From an uncultured Defluviitaleaceae bacterium (lineage in GTDB: Bacteria > Bacillota > Clostridia > Lachnospirales > WRBF01), in contig CAZBLK010000003.1 of the NCBI GenBank assembly GCA_964492715.1, forward strand, positions 13,205 to 77,204: a stretch of DNA of 64,000 bases, in the 5' to 3' direction. The notes under the pieces are model-generated. The model saw only the letters and a program-made list of their open reading frames with translations, did not search any database and was not told the origin of the DNA. The position numbers were made by a program, and so were the translations under genes. Each line of letters opens with the position of its first letter. Position 1 is the first letter of the stretch. Shown one piece after another: positions 18,950-29,726 of the stretch.

Positions 18950-21564
18950 TACAAGCCCTCCTGCTCTAAAGTTATAAGCTTTGTACGCCCTTGAAGCTCA
19001 TACAACTTACGCAAAGCGTCCCTAGGTGTTAACGAATCAACGTCAATCTCCATTATTTCTTTTAAGAAAATATAGTCTTCGTCTTCTTTCTTAGGCTTTT
19101 GCTTGCCATAACGAATTGTGCTGTCCTCATTTACACCTGTACCTGCCTTCATTATGTCGGCATTGTTTAAAACTTGCAACAGTTCGTTTGCTCGGTTTAA
19201 AATTTGGTTTGGTATGCCAGCAAGCTTTGCAACGTGGACACCGTAGCTGTTGTCTGCTCCGCCACGTACAATTTTCCTGATAAAAATAATGTTCTCGCCT
19301 TGTTCTCTAACCATCATGCAGTAATTTTTTACACCGTCAAGTTTTCCTTCAAGCTCTGTAAGCTCGTGGTAGTGTGTAGAAAACAGCGTTTTCGCACCAA
19401 TTTTTTCAGCAATAAATTCAAGCACAGACCATGCAATGCTAAGACCATCAAACGTACTTGTGCCACGGCCAATTTCGTCAAGTATTAACAGGCTGTTTTT
19501 TGTTGCATTGTTTATAATATTTGCCACTTCTGTCATTTCAACCATAAATGTGCTTTGCCCTGTAGCCAAATCGTCCGAAGCACCAACTCTTGTAAAAATT
19601 TGGTCAACAACTCCAATTACTCCACTGTCAGCAGGAATAAAGCAACCCATTTGTGCCATAACTACGATTAATGCAACTTGCCGCATATACGTGGACTTTC
19701 CAGCCATATTCGGGCCAGTAATTATTGACAGCCTGTCACTGTCGCTATTAAGGTATACATCATTTGGCACAAAGCCAGATTTTATTGTTTGCTCAACAAC
19801 AGGGTGACGCCCGTTTTTAATAGCTATTACTCCGTCATCATTGACAGTAGGCTTACAATACCCATTGCTGTCCGAAACTTCTGCAAACGACTGTATTACA
19901 TCAAGTGTTGCAAGAATTTGCGCAACAAGCTGTATTCGTGGAAGCTCGTCTGCTACTTTTTTACGAACGTCTGTAAAAAGCTTTAATTCAAGCTCTGCAA
20001 TGTTGTCATCAGCTTCCAAAATTGCTTCCTCAATTTCTTTAAGCTCTACAGTTGTGTACCTTTCGCCGTTTGCTATAGTTTGCCTGCGTATGTACCTTTC
20101 GGGTATTAAGTTTTTATATGTGTTTGTTACTTCTATATAATACCCAAAAACTTTGTTATATTTTATTTTAAGGCTTTTAATTCCTGTTAACTGGCGTTCC
20201 TCTGCTTCTTTTTCAAGAATCCACGTAGTTCCTTTTTTCTTGGCTGTTCTATACCTATCAAGCTCGGAATTAAAGCCCTCTCTAATAACCCCGCCGTCTT
20301 TTATGTTTATAGGTGCATCGTCATCTATTGCTGCATCTATAAACTCTTTTATATCGTCAAGAGTTTCAAGTGCCTTGTTCATTTCAATGTTAAGAGAAGC
20401 TTTACATTCAAACAAAAGCTTCTTGATTTCTGGAAGCTTTTCTGCTGTACCCTTTAGGCTTATTAAGTCTTTACCGTTTGCTGTTCCATAAACAACTTTG
20501 CCCATAAGCCTCTCTATGTCGCCAATTTCTTTAAGCAGTTCCCTTAAATCGTTGCGAAGGTACATCTCGTCTTTAATTTCTGAAACGGCATCAAGCCTAC
20601 GGTTTATGTCACTTATAGTTATTAGCGGCTGTTCAACCCACTTACGCAAAAGCCGCCCTCCCATTGCCGTTTTTGTTTTATCCAAAACCCAAAGGAGAGT
20701 TCCTTTTTTGCTTCTTTCTCTAAGTGTTTCAGTAAGTTCAAGGTTTTTGCGTGAAGAAATATCAAGGCTCATGTAGCTTTTTTCAGAATAATATTTAATT
20801 GTGGAAATATGAAAGAGCCTGTTTTTTTGAGTTTCTCTTAAATATTCCATTAAAGCACCAGAAGCACACACCGATAAATCTTTATCTAAAAGCCCATATC
20901 CACTTAATGTAATTACGTTAAAATGGTCACAAAGCGTTTTGTTTGCGCTGTCATAGTCAAAGCACCAGCTATAATAAACATAAGGCTTAACAGAAAAAAT
21001 GTTTTCAATGTTAAGTACATCATCAAAACCTTGGTTTATTATTATTTCTTTTGGAGAAATTCTTGCTAGTTCATCATAAACTTTGTTGCCAGTGTCCCCT
21101 TCGATGCTGGTTGTAAAAAATTCACCTGTTGTTACGTCGCAAAAAGCAATTCCTACACCTTGCTTTTCTTGATAAATACAACATATATAACTGTTTTTTC
21201 CTTCATCAAGAGTTTTCATGTCAGTAACAGTTCCAGGTGTAATTATTCTAACAACTTCACGCTTAACAATTGTTTTGGCTTGTTTAGCGTCCTCCACCTG
21301 CTCACACACAGCTACCTTGTAACCGTTTTCAACGAGTTTTGCTATATACGCATTTGCAGAATGGTACGGAACGCCACACATAGGCGCACGTTCCGCCTGT
21401 CCGCAGTCTCTTCCAGTAAGCGCAATGTCAAGCACCTTTGAAGCAACTAAGGCGTCGTCAAAAAACAGCTCATAAAAATCACCAAGCCGAAAGAGAACTA
21501 AACAATCTTTGTTTTGTCGTTTAATTTCTAAATACTGCTCCATCATTGGAGAAAATTTTGCCAT
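18949..21564 (-). CDS. mutS: DNA mismatch repair protein MutS
   Basis: TPMMEQY N-terminus, GPNMAGKST Walker A and DEIGRGTST motifs. Confidence 0.95.
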   Translation of the reverse strand: MAKFSPMMEQYLEIKRQNKDCLVLFRLGDFYELFFDDALVASKVLDIALTGRDCGQAERAPMCGVPYHSANAYIAKLVENGYKVAVCEQVEDAKQAKTIVKREVVRIITPGTVTDMKTLDEGKNSYICCIYQEKQGVGIAFCDVTTGEFFTTSIEGDTGNKVYDELARISPKEIIINQGFDDVLNIENIFSVKPYVYYSWCFDYDSANKTLCDHFNVITLSGYGLLDKDLSVCASGALMEYLRETQKNRLFHISTIKYYSEKSYMSLDISSRKNLELTETLRERSKKGTLLWVLDKTKTAMGGRLLRKWVEQPLITISDINRRLDAVSEIKDEMYLRNDLRELLKEIGDIERLMGKVVYGTANGKDLISLKGTAEKLPEIKKLLFECKASLNIEMNKALETLDDIKEFIDAAIDDDAPINIKDGGVIREGFNSELDRYRTAKKKGTTWILEKEAEERQLTGIKSLKIKYNKVFGYYIEVTNTYKNLIPERYIRRQTIANGERYTTVELKEIEEAILEADDNIAELELKLFTDVRKKVADELPRIQLVAQILATLDVIQSFAEVSDSNGYCKPTVNDDGVIAIKNGRHPVVEQTIKSGFVPNDVYLNSDSDRLSIITGPNMAGKSTYMRQVALIVVMAQMGCFIPADSGVIGVVDQIFTRVGASDDLATGQSTFMVEMTEVANIINNATKNSLLILDEIGRGTSTFDGLSIAWSVLEFIAEKIGAKTLFSTHYHELTELEGKLDGVKNYCMMVREQGENIIFIRKIVRGGADNSYGVHVAKLAGIPNQILNRANELLQVLNNADIMKAGTGVNEDSTIRYGKQKPKKEDEDYIFLKEIMEIDVDSLTPRDALRKLYELQGRTKLITLEQEGL

Positions 21565-21600
21565 TTGTAAATTGCACTCCTAACGAATAAGCGCTTAAAA

Positions 21601-22011
21601 TTAATTGCAGCCACAGCTTGAACAGCCGCCTTCGCTTCCTGAACAACCAGAGCAACTTTCTTCTGCCGGCATTTCGCCAGTAATTGTAGCCTTTAAAACA
21701 TTTAATACATTGTTTACAAAACTTCCAAACTCGTTTTCTGCAAAAATTAATGCTCCAATAACAGCATCTTTTTTAAGCTCTGACACCATTTCAGCCATGC
21801 GTTGCGTTGCAATGTTAAACTCCTCTTGTGTCATAACACCTTTAGCGGCGCTTTCTTGTACATCTTTCTGGTACTTGCTGTATTCATCAAGCTTTACTTT
21901 TGCAGAAGGTTCTGCATCAAACGCTTTTCTAGCTTCATTAAGAAGCGCTGCTTTGTCTGATTGCAAAATTAATTCTCCAAGTTCCCTTGCTTTTTCATAA
22001 TAAACTGTCAT
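21601..22011 (-). CDS. ymcA: YlbF/YmcA (RicA/RicF)-family protein with a Cys-rich C-terminal tail
   Basis: Helical YmcA-like N-terminus, positioned between miaB and mutS exactly as B. subtilis ymcA. The tail is CSGCSGSEGGCSSCGCN. Confidence 0.7.
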   Translation of the reverse strand: MTVYYEKARELGELILQSDKAALLNEARKAFDAEPSAKVKLDEYSKYQKDVQESAAKGVMTQEEFNIATQRMAEMVSELKKDAVIGALIFAENEFGSFVNNVLNVLKATITGEMPAEESCSGCSGSEGGCSSCGCN

Positions 22012-22037
22012 AGTAGTTAGTCTCCTTGTTTAAAATA

Positions 22038-23474
22038 TTATTGTTCAAAATCTGCTTCACCAATTAGGTAAAACGTCTTGCAGTCTGTTATTTCAACGTT
22101 AATAAGCTTTCCAACATATTCATCAGACGCACCTCTAAAATGAACAATTACATTCCCTTCTGTTCTTCCAGAAAGAAGGCTTTTGTCCTGTTCGTTAACA
22201 CCTTCGCAAAGAACTTCAATAGTCGTTCCAACCATTTTTTTGTTCAATTCATAAATTCCGTTGTTAAGCAAGCTCAATAGCCTGTCAAACCTATTTTTTT
22301 GAACATCTTCGGGGATTTGGTTTTCCATTACAGCGGCTGGTGTACCAGTGCGCTTTGAATACAAAAATGTATATGCTGTAGAGTAGCCAACTTTTTCTAC
22401 AACGTCAAGCGTTTCTAAAAAGTCTTCCTCTGTTTCCCCAGGGAAGCCGACAATTATATCAGTTGTAATAGCTATGTTCGGAACTTCGTCCTTTAACTTG
22501 CTTATTAAAATCATATAATCGTCTTTTGTATACTTACGGTTCATAGCTTTTAAAACATTAGTGCTTCCAGACTGAACTGGTAAATGAATGTGCTTACAAA
22601 TCTTTTCGCAATCTCTTATAGCATAAATTAACTCGTCCGATAAATCTTTAGGGTGAGAAGTCATAAAACGTATTCGTTTAATACCTTCAATTTTGTTAAT
22701 TTCACGCAAAAGCTGTGCAAATGTAGTTTTTTGTTCAAGGCTTTTTCCGTAGCTATTTACGTTTTGCCCAAGAAGCATAACTTCAATTACACCATCATCA
22801 GCCAGCCTTTTTATTTCTAACAAAATGTCTTCTACTTCCCTACTTCTTTCACGCCCTCTTACATATGGCACAATGCAGTAGGAGCAAAAGTTGTTGCAAC
22901 CATACATAATGTTTACACTGGCTTTGTGCTTATATTGTCTTAAAACAGGTAAATCCTCAACAATTTGGTCATGCGTTTCCCAAATGTCCATTATAAGCCC
23001 ACCCGTAGTTAAACTTGTGTGCAAAAGTTCTGGGAAGCGGTGAATGTTAAACGTGCCAAAAATAATGTCAACATGCCTGTATGACGACTTTATTTTGTCA
23101 ATTACAATGTCTTGCTGCATCATGCAGCCGCAAACTACAATTTTTAAATTAGGGCGTTTTTCCTTTAGCTTTTTCAAAAAGCCAAGGTTGCCGTACACTT
23201 TATTTTCAGCGTTTTCACGAACACAGCATGTGTTGTACACAATTACATCTGCTTCTTTTTCGCTGTCACATGCTTCGTACCCCATTTCATTTAACATTCC
23301 AATGATGTTCTCAGAGTCATGTGCGTTCATTTGGCAGCCAAAAGTTGCAACATACATCTTTTTAGGTGTTCCTGTTTTCTCGTTTAGTTCTCTTACCTTT
23401 TCTATATAAAGCGTTGTAAGTTTTTGTTCTTCCAAAGCCTTTTCTGCACTTTTTACAGTTTCAGTTCGTTTCAT
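22038..23474 (-). CDS. miaB: tRNA-i6A37 methylthiotransferase
   Basis: UPF0004 N-domain (FGCQMN), radical-SAM CNNFCSYCIVP motif and a TRAM C-terminus. Confidence 0.93.
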   Translation of the reverse strand: MKRTETVKSAEKALEEQKLTTLYIEKVRELNEKTGTPKKMYVATFGCQMNAHDSENIIGMLNEMGYEACDSEKEADVIVYNTCCVRENAENKVYGNLGFLKKLKEKRPNLKIVVCGCMMQQDIVIDKIKSSYRHVDIIFGTFNIHRFPELLHTSLTTGGLIMDIWETHDQIVEDLPVLRQYKHKASVNIMYGCNNFCSYCIVPYVRGRERSREVEDILLEIKRLADDGVIEVMLLGQNVNSYGKSLEQKTTFAQLLREINKIEGIKRIRFMTSHPKDLSDELIYAIRDCEKICKHIHLPVQSGSTNVLKAMNRKYTKDDYMILISKLKDEVPNIAITTDIIVGFPGETEEDFLETLDVVEKVGYSTAYTFLYSKRTGTPAAVMENQIPEDVQKNRFDRLLSLLNNGIYELNKKMVGTTIEVLCEGVNEQDKSLLSGRTEGNVIVHFRGASDEYVGKLINVEITDCKTFYLIGEADFEQ

Positions 23475-23705
23475 TTTTTTCTCCTTGCTATTTTGGCGAA
23501 TTAAACAAATATTTTAAAAAAATTTGGTGTTATTTTAATAGCAAATATTATATCACAAATTTAATAAATATGTTACGATAATTTACAAATAAACTTGAAA
23601 TAAAACAAAATTTATTATATACTACGTTTTACAGTCTTTAATGACAATACAATTTGTCTTATTTATAAAATACGCAATGAACAACGTTTGCTTGAGGTGA
23701 AATAA

Positions 23706-24302
23706 ATGGAAACGAAACAACTTAACATGTTTGATGACGAGGGTGGAAAAGATGATGTCATAAACAAGCTTCTTTTGTTATACCTAATTGATAAGATGGA
23801 TATGCCGCTTACAAACAGCCAAATAAGCCAATTTATTCTTGAAGAAAGCTTTATGACGTACTACGTTTTGCAGCAAACACTTTCTGAAATGGTTGCCGAC
23901 GGATATTTAGAAAAAGCGCTAGATAACAACGCAACTAGGTATAACATTACACAAGAAGGTATTACAACGCTTGAATATTTTGAAAAGCATTTATCCATTG
24001 AAGACAGGGCTAAAATTGTTAAGTTTGTTTCAAGCAACAGGCGCACAATTAAAAAAGATTTTGAAACAACAGCAAACTACTTTTACGACCATGTAAACGA
24101 CGAGTTCACTGTAAAATGTGGAATTTATGAAGACGACAGGACGCTGATGGAAATTAATGTTTCTGTTGTAAACCGAGAGCAAGCCAAGTTAATTTGCAAC
24201 AACTGGAAACAAAATGTTTCTTTAATGTATCAAAATATTTTGATGAAGTTAATTAGTGTAGAGTCAGAAAGTAATGAGCATGACGAACCTGATAAAAAAT
24301 AA
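23706..24302 (+). CDS. DUF4364-like putative winged-helix protein
   Basis: 198 aa. The N-terminal LLLLYLIDKMDMPLTNSQISQFILE pattern resembles the clostridial DUF4364 family. This is from memory, not searched. Confidence 0.5.
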   Translation: METKQLNMFDDEGGKDDVINKLLLLYLIDKMDMPLTNSQISQFILEESFMTYYVLQQTLSEMVADGYLEKALDNNATRYNITQEGITTLEYFEKHLSIEDRAKIVKFVSSNRRTIKKDFETTANYFYDHVNDEFTVKCGIYEDDRTLMEINVSVVNREQAKLICNNWKQNVSLMYQNILMKLISVESESNEHDEPDKK

Positions 24303-24305
24303 AAT

Positions 24306-24323
24306 GCCGCCCTTTTGGGCGGC
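24306..24323. terminator. Bidirectional terminator between convergent genes
   Basis: GCCGCCC-tttt-GGGCGGC flanked by A/T runs. Confidence 0.6.
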
Positions 24324-24338
24324 TAAATTTGTATGCCT

Positions 24339-24935
24339 TTATTCAGCTTTCCTTAATAAGCTATTCAACCACGGTGTAAACGGAATAAACAAAAACACCA
24401 TCCAAGCAACAGCCCACATGTCAAATAAAAACCCTAACACAAAAAACATAATTGTAGCTGCCATAGGAACAACTGCTAGCCTACTATAAAACACTGGTAT
24501 CAAAAGAAAAACAAGCCAACCAGGGTGCCACCAATCAAATGCAAACCCAAGAACTAAATAAACCATAGTTATAAACACGGTATATGGAAATTGTTCTCTA
24601 TAGTGCTTAACCTTCTTCTCCATTGACGTAAGCTTATATTCAGGAAAATTGTCATCTTCTCTGCTTAAATCACCGTCAAGGTATATTTTGGGTCGTGGCC
24701 CATTGTCATTGCTAGGAAAAATTGAAATTTCCTCATCTGTTTTTAAAAGCGAGTCAATGGAAATGTTGTATATCCTTGAAAGTGCAATTAAGTTGTCTGT
24801 GTCTGGTGAGCTTTCAGCACGTTCCCACTTTGAAACGGCTTGACGGCTTATTCCAAGCTTTTCTGCAAGCTGCTCTTGTGAAAGGCTGCTTTTCTTTCGC
24901 AATTCCATTAGCCTGTTTGCAATTTCTAAATTCAT
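24339..24935 (-). CDS. XRE-family HTH regulator fused to a C-terminal multi-pass membrane domain
   Basis: LSQEQLAEKLGISRQAVSKWE HTH motif followed by about 4 hydrophobic helices. Confidence 0.8.
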   Translation of the reverse strand: MNLEIANRLMELRKKSSLSQEQLAEKLGISRQAVSKWERAESSPDTDNLIALSRIYNISIDSLLKTDEEISIFPSNDNGPRPKIYLDGDLSREDDNFPEYKLTSMEKKVKHYREQFPYTVFITMVYLVLGFAFDWWHPGWLVFLLIPVFYSRLAVVPMAATIMFFVLGFLFDMWAVAWMVFLFIPFTPWLNSLLRKAE

Positions 24936-25089
24936 ACTTTCACCTCAAATTTTAGCGAGTTATTAGTTTAAAAAATATTGGCAAGGGGAAGCAATATCAA
25001 CATAATTATATTACACTATACCAACGATAATTGCTAGAAATTCTAGGTTGAACTTATGCAACTATTGGTTGCGGCAACCAATTTTCACC

Positions 25090-25193
25090 TATAGCAATTC
25101 CGTTTTTAATCGACATTGTCTATCGGTCAAAACGCCAAACGGCTAGGCGTTTGGCTTCCCTCTGTCAATATCGTTAAAGACTGGAATTGCTAT
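25090..25193. repeat. Palindromic MITE-like repeat, family 1, copy B (104 bp)
   Basis: Same termini and interior as copy A. It overlaps the last 51 nt of the engB ORF. Confidence 0.8.
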
Positions 25194-25853
25194 ATTTTCA
25201 GGGCTTTCACCAATTTTTTCTTCAATTTTTTTCCATAGCTCATCTTTGCCAGACTTTGTTTCGCTAGAAAAAGAAATTATGGTACTCCCCTTCTCTACTT
25301 CAAGCCCTTTTCTAATTACAGCTAAATGTTTTTGAACTTGGCTTCGCCTAAGCTTATCTTCCTTTGTTGCAACAATAATAATTTCATAGTTATAGTGCTT
25401 TAGCCAATTATACATAAGCTTGTCGTCCTTTGTGGGCTCATGCCGAATGTCAACAAGCAGTAAAATAGCCTTTAATGTACTCCTTTTCAAAAGATAGCCT
25501 TCAATCATTCCGCCCCACTTTTCTTGCTCAGAGCGTGAAATTTTTGCATAGCCGTAACCTGGAAGGTCAACAAAATAAAGCAGGTTTTCTACATCATAAA
25601 AATTTATTGTACGTGTTTTTCCTGGGTTTTTACTCATTCTTGCCAAAGCTTTTCTATTTATCATTGTGTTTATAAGTGATGATTTGCCTACATTTGAACG
25701 CCCCACAAAAGCAAGCTCTGGCTTGCCATCAGATGGAAACTGATGTTCCCAAACACCAACTGCCGCAAGTGATACATTTTGAACCTCCAAAATACTTCCT
25801 CCAATGATTTTACTTTTAAAATCTATTTCTCCATCTATTTCTGCAAAGCACAC
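25143..25853 (-). CDS. engB: Ribosome-biogenesis GTPase EngB/YsxC/YihA
   Basis: GRSNVGKSS G1, DLPGYG G3 and TKEDK G4 motifs. The true start is probably internal to the 236-aa ORF, which overlaps the lon stop. The C-terminal 16 codons are repeat-derived. Confidence 0.88.
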   Translation of the reverse strand: MCFAEIDGEIDFKSKIIGGSILEVQNVSLAAVGVWEHQFPSDGKPELAFVGRSNVGKSSLINTMINRKALARMSKNPGKTRTINFYDVENLLYFVDLPGYGYAKISRSEQEKWGGMIEGYLLKRSTLKAILLLVDIRHEPTKDDKLMYNWLKHYNYEIIIVATKEDKLRRSQVQKHLAVIRKGLEVEKGSTIISFSSETKSGKDELWKKIEEKIGESPENIAIPVFNDIDRGKPNA

Positions 25854-28180
25854 TCAAGCACTTCGTCCATGCTTGCAGCAAAAATAAATGCCAATCCCTC
25901 ACGAACATTTTCTGGCACTTCGTGTAAGTCTAATTGATTTTCTAAGGGCAAAACAACCGTCTTAAAATTGTTTGACTTTGCTGCCGAAATTTTTTCTTTC
26001 AAACCGCCAATTGGAAGCACCTTTCCACGAATAGTAACTTCACCTGTCATACAAACATCATTTTTAACAGGTATTTCTGCTAAAGCCGAAACCATTGCAG
26101 TTGTAAGAGTTATCCCTGCAGAAGGCCCATCTTTTGGAACTGCACCTTCTGGCAAATGTATATGCACATCAAAGTGCTTATAAAACTGTTTATCCAAATT
26201 AAACTGCCTGTACCTAGAACGAATAAAACTCATTGCAGCCTGTGCAGACTCTTTCATAACGTCGCCTAAGTTGCCAGTTAAAACAAACTTACCACTTCCA
26301 GGAACAACATTAACTTCTATCGATAGCGTATCACCACCAACAGAAGTCCATGCTAAACCGTAAGCTATTCCAATTTCTGACGTTTCACCGAAATTCTTTT
26401 TTCTGAATTTTGGCTTACCCAAATAATGCTCCAGTTTTTCAGTTGTTATTTCTACGCTGTTACTTGTTCCATTCATAACTCGCTCTGTTACAACCTTACG
26501 ACAAATGTCTGCAATTGTTCTTTCAAGCTGACGAACACCTGCTTCTTTAGTGTATTTGCCTATAAGTTCTTCATAATTTGGAATGCTTACGTCACCTTCA
26601 ACTAAACCATGTTTTTCAAGCTGCTTAGGTAACAAAAATTCTTTTGCAATGCTAACCTTTTCCGCATCTGTGTAGCTTGAAATGTTAATAACCTCAAGCC
26701 TGTCTCTTAATGCTGGCGGAACTTCGTTAAGGCTGTTTGCTGTACACATAAACATTACGTCCGACAAATCAAACGCAACTTCTAAGTAATGGTCACGGAA
26801 AAAAGAATTTTGCTCTGCGTCCAAAGCTTCCAGCATAGCCGAAGCTGGGTTTCCACGAAAATCGCTTGACATTTTGTCTATCTCATCAAGAAGAATTAAT
26901 GGATTTAGCGTTTTAGATTGTTTCATTGAATAAATAATTCGTCCAGGCATAGCACCGACATACGTTTTTCTATGCCCACGAATTTCTGCTTCATCTCTGA
27001 CGCCGCCTAAAGACATTCTTATATACTTTCGGTTCAAAGCTTTTGCCACAGATTTTGCTATTGAGGTTTTGCCTACGCCAGGAGGCCCAACAAGGCAAAT
27101 TATTGGAGAATTAGCTTTGTCTGCTGCCTGCCTTACTGCAAGAAACTCAACTATGCGCTCTTTAACCTTCTCTAACCCAAAGTGGTCTGTGTCAAGTATT
27201 TGCTTTGCTTCTTTTAAATCTTTGTTTTCTTCGCTTTTTTTAGCCCACGGCAAATCTAAAAGCCAGTCTATATAGTCACGAATTACAACAGCTTCTTGCG
27301 ACGACATATTTGTACGTGAAAGCCTTTTAAGCTCGTAGTTCAGCTTTTCTCCGGCATGTTCAGGAAGCTGCGCTTCTTTCGCTCTTGCCTTGTAACCTTC
27401 AATATCGTCTGTTACAGTTTCTTTTTCGTTCAATTCTTCTTGAACAACTTTAAGCTGCTCCTTTAAATAATATTCCCTTTGATGCTTGTCAATATTAGTT
27501 TTAACTTTTGATAAAACATCTTTTTGAACAGTTAAAACAGCTAGTTCCTCGTGCAAAAGCTTTGCTGCAAGAAATATTCGGTTTGCTGGGTCTTCCTCCT
27601 CTAAAAGCTCTTGCTTGTTTTCTACCTTTAAGCTTGTGTGCACACCTATAAGGTCGGAAAGCTTTCCTGCCATTTCACATGTTATAACTTCCATTATAGC
27701 ATCTGGCGCAACACCATTTGCAAGGCGCACATATTCTTCAAAAGCATCTTGCACTACACGAATTGTAGCCAAAACATCTGTGCTTGCTTCTTCAATTTCA
27801 AACGTTTCAACAAGTGAAACGTCAGCCATTAAAAAAGTTCCTTCGTTGTCAAACTCTAAAACGCTTGCCCTTGAAACGCCGTCTGCAAGCACACGAATAA
27901 CGTTCCCAGGAAGCCTAAAAACTTGCTTAATTCTTGCAACTGTCCCATATGGAAAAACGTCTGCAATGTCTGGCTCCTCATGAGCTGCATTTTTCTGCGC
28001 TGTCAAAAAAACAAAAGAATCTTTGCTTAAAGCGAATTCTATAGCTTGAATTGATTTAAAACGCCCAATATCAAAACCTATTGTTGCATCTGGAAAAGCT
28101 ACAAGCCCTCTAAGTGTAACAACAGGAAGCTTTATTTTTTTCTGCTGGTCAAAGTTTAAATTTAGGTCAGTGTTGTCCAT
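25835..28180 (-). CDS. lon: ATP-dependent Lon protease
   Basis: LON N-domain, GPPGVGKTS Walker A and the [10 protein letters not shown] catalytic Ser motif. Confidence 0.95.
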   Translation of the reverse strand: MDNTDLNLNFDQQKKIKLPVVTLRGLVAFPDATIGFDIGRFKSIQAIEFALSKDSFVFLTAQKNAAHEEPDIADVFPYGTVARIKQVFRLPGNVIRVLADGVSRASVLEFDNEGTFLMADVSLVETFEIEEASTDVLATIRVVQDAFEEYVRLANGVAPDAIMEVITCEMAGKLSDLIGVHTSLKVENKQELLEEEDPANRIFLAAKLLHEELAVLTVQKDVLSKVKTNIDKHQREYYLKEQLKVVQEELNEKETVTDDIEGYKARAKEAQLPEHAGEKLNYELKRLSRTNMSSQEAVVIRDYIDWLLDLPWAKKSEENKDLKEAKQILDTDHFGLEKVKERIVEFLAVRQAADKANSPIICLVGPPGVGKTSIAKSVAKALNRKYIRMSLGGVRDEAEIRGHRKTYVGAMPGRIIYSMKQSKTLNPLILLDEIDKMSSDFRGNPASAMLEALDAEQNSFFRDHYLEVAFDLSDVMFMCTANSLNEVPPALRDRLEVINISSYTDAEKVSIAKEFLLPKQLEKHGLVEGDVSIPNYEELIGKYTKEAGVRQLERTIADICRKVVTERVMNGTSNSVEITTEKLEHYLGKPKFRKKNFGETSEIGIAYGLAWTSVGGDTLSIEVNVVPGSGKFVLTGNLGDVMKESAQAAMSFIRSRYRQFNLDKQFYKHFDVHIHLPEGAVPKDGPSAGITLTTAMVSALAEIPVKNDVCMTGEVTIRGKVLPIGGLKEKISAAKSNNFKTVVLPLENQLDLHEVPENVREGLAFIFAASMDEVLECALQK

Positions 28181-28378
28181 AACTTCACCCTTCTATTTTT
28201 GCATATCAGTGTATTTAGAATACCAGCATCTTTATTTCCATAATTATACTGGTATTAATAGCCTTTAAGGTCAAATAATACAAACAGCGACATTTCTTTT
28301 TTAATTAAAAAAGAAGTCTATATATTATATCAGCTTTTTAATAAAAAGAAAATGCCTTAATAAAGAAGGGAGAAAGCC

Positions 28379-28996
28379 ATGTTAAAAAATACATTAAAGA
28401 AGGCAGTAGTTACGCTTGTGTCTGTGCTTGCAGTTTCTGTACAAGTGCTTGCGGCAACAGACGTATACACAGTTCAGAAAGGTGACACCCTTTGGAAAAT
28501 TGCACAAATGTACAAAGTTGGAATTTCTGAAATACTAGACGCTAACAAGCAGTTTAAAAACCCAGATATGATTTTTCCAGGGGACAAAGTAAGTATTCCA
28601 TTAAACGACCCTGCTGTCTCCAGCATGGAGGAGCAAGTTGTTGAGCTTGTTAACAAGGAGCGTGCAAAAGCTGGGCTTAAACCGCTGAAGCTAAACTGGG
28701 AAGTTTCTCGTGTAGCACGTTACAAGTCGGAAGAAATGAAGAACAAAAACTATTTTAGCCACACATCACCTGTGTATGGTTCGCCTTTTGATATGCTAAA
28801 GGCTTTTAACGTTAAGTACCGTACTGCCGGTGAGAACATTGCAAAGGGGCAAAAAACCCCAGAAGCTGTAATGAAAGCATGGATGAACTCGGAAGGGCAC
28901 AGGAAAAACATTTTAAGCAAAACCTTCACAGAAATTGGTGTAGGGTATGTTGATGGAAGTACACCGTACTGGACACAGTTATTTATAACTCCTTAA
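28379..28996 (+). CDS. Secreted LysM + CAP/SCP (YkwD-like) domain protein
   Basis: Signal peptide, LysM (YTVQKGDTLWKIAQMY...GDKVSIP), then CAP motifs GENIA and SEGHRKNIL. Confidence 0.8.
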   Translation: MLKNTLKKAVVTLVSVLAVSVQVLAATDVYTVQKGDTLWKIAQMYKVGISEILDANKQFKNPDMIFPGDKVSIPLNDPAVSSMEEQVVELVNKERAKAGLKPLKLNWEVSRVARYKSEEMKNKNYFSHTSPVYGSPFDMLKAFNVKYRTAGENIAKGQKTPEAVMKAWMNSEGHRKNILSKTFTEIGVGYVDGSTPYWTQLFITP

Positions 28997-29008
28997 TATT
29001 TTTATTCG

Positions 29009-29055
29009 ATAGAGCTAACTTTAAAATTCTATAAAAATGTTAGCTCTATTTTTTG
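29009..29055 (+). terminator. Terminator hairpin after the LysM-CAP gene
   Basis: 11-bp perfect arms ATAGAGCTAAC/GTTAGCTCTAT followed by T6. Confidence 0.55.
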
Positions 29056-29193
29056 TCGTAACATAGAAAAGCTTTAATAAAAATATCATCGCAAACGCTG
29101 TGACAATTTGTCGCACGAATTCACTTGTCATAACTTAGCATAATGGAATAAACTGTTAAATATGGAACACATTTCAATGCAGGGGGTGACAGC

Positions 29194-29709
29194 ATGAGTA
29201 AATTGACTAGAATAATAATTTTAGCTTTAATAATAATTATCTTTTTGTTCCCTCAAAGCGTAAGAGCTGAAAATGCAGAAAAGCTAAAAAATTACTACGA
29301 ATATTTTTATATCGTCGTTATTGATGAATCTGTTGAGGAATGGCGAAGTCAAGGAATAAGTTTTTTTGGAAAGTTTGAAGTTGAAGAATACGCTTATATA
29401 CTTTTTGACAATTTATTCAGTGAAAAACAAGCTAGTTTTGTTCCAGATGGAGTGGCTGTACTTGGTGCTGAATTCGTGGACGGGCATTTGGTTTTAAACG
29501 TTTCAGAAGAAATAAACAACCATGGGGGGGCATACTATGAAGAAAGGCTTGTTTCATATATTCTTAAAACAGCTTTTGCCATTAATGAAGTAGAAAGTTT
29601 TTCGTTGATGATTGACGGCGAGCTAGGAGTTTTAAGCGAAGGATTAATACTGGAAGAAGTGTCCAAGGAACATTTTTTTAATAGTGAAACCGAAGGGGAA
29701 TCAGAATAA
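29194..29709 (+). CDS. Signal-peptide/membrane-anchored hypothetical protein (possibly a GerMN-like fold)
   Basis: N-terminal hydrophobic helix. Weak resemblance to GerMN (LNVSEE...GG...SFSLMIDGE). Confidence 0.45.
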   Translation: MSKLTRIIILALIIIIFLFPQSVRAENAEKLKNYYEYFYIVVIDESVEEWRSQGISFFGKFEVEEYAYILFDNLFSEKQASFVPDGVAVLGAEFVDGHLVLNVSEEINNHGGAYYEERLVSYILKTAFAINEVESFSLMIDGELGVLSEGLILEEVSKEHFFNSETEGESE

Positions 29710-29726
29710 AACTGGTTCCCCTTTTT

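Noticed and set aside
25063-25081. Palindrome ATTGGTTGC-G-GCAACCAAT next to repeat copy B.
   Set aside because: The 1-nt loop makes an RNA terminator unlikely. It could be an operator for the adjacent XRE regulator, but there is no second occurrence or other support, so it is not reported as a feature.
28230-28300. Possible CtsR box (GGTCAAATAATACAAAC) or other heat-shock operator upstream of lon.
   Set aside because: Only the first heptad matches GGTCAAA and the second repeat is poor. No CIRCE element was seen.
28181-28378. Possible c-di-AMP (ydaO) or other riboswitch ahead of the LysM-CAP gene, and likewise ahead of the LysM-nucleotidase (51382-51555).
   Set aside because: These regions are AT-rich, with none of the conserved GC-rich helices or motifs I associate with these riboswitches. 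They look like ordinary promoter regions.
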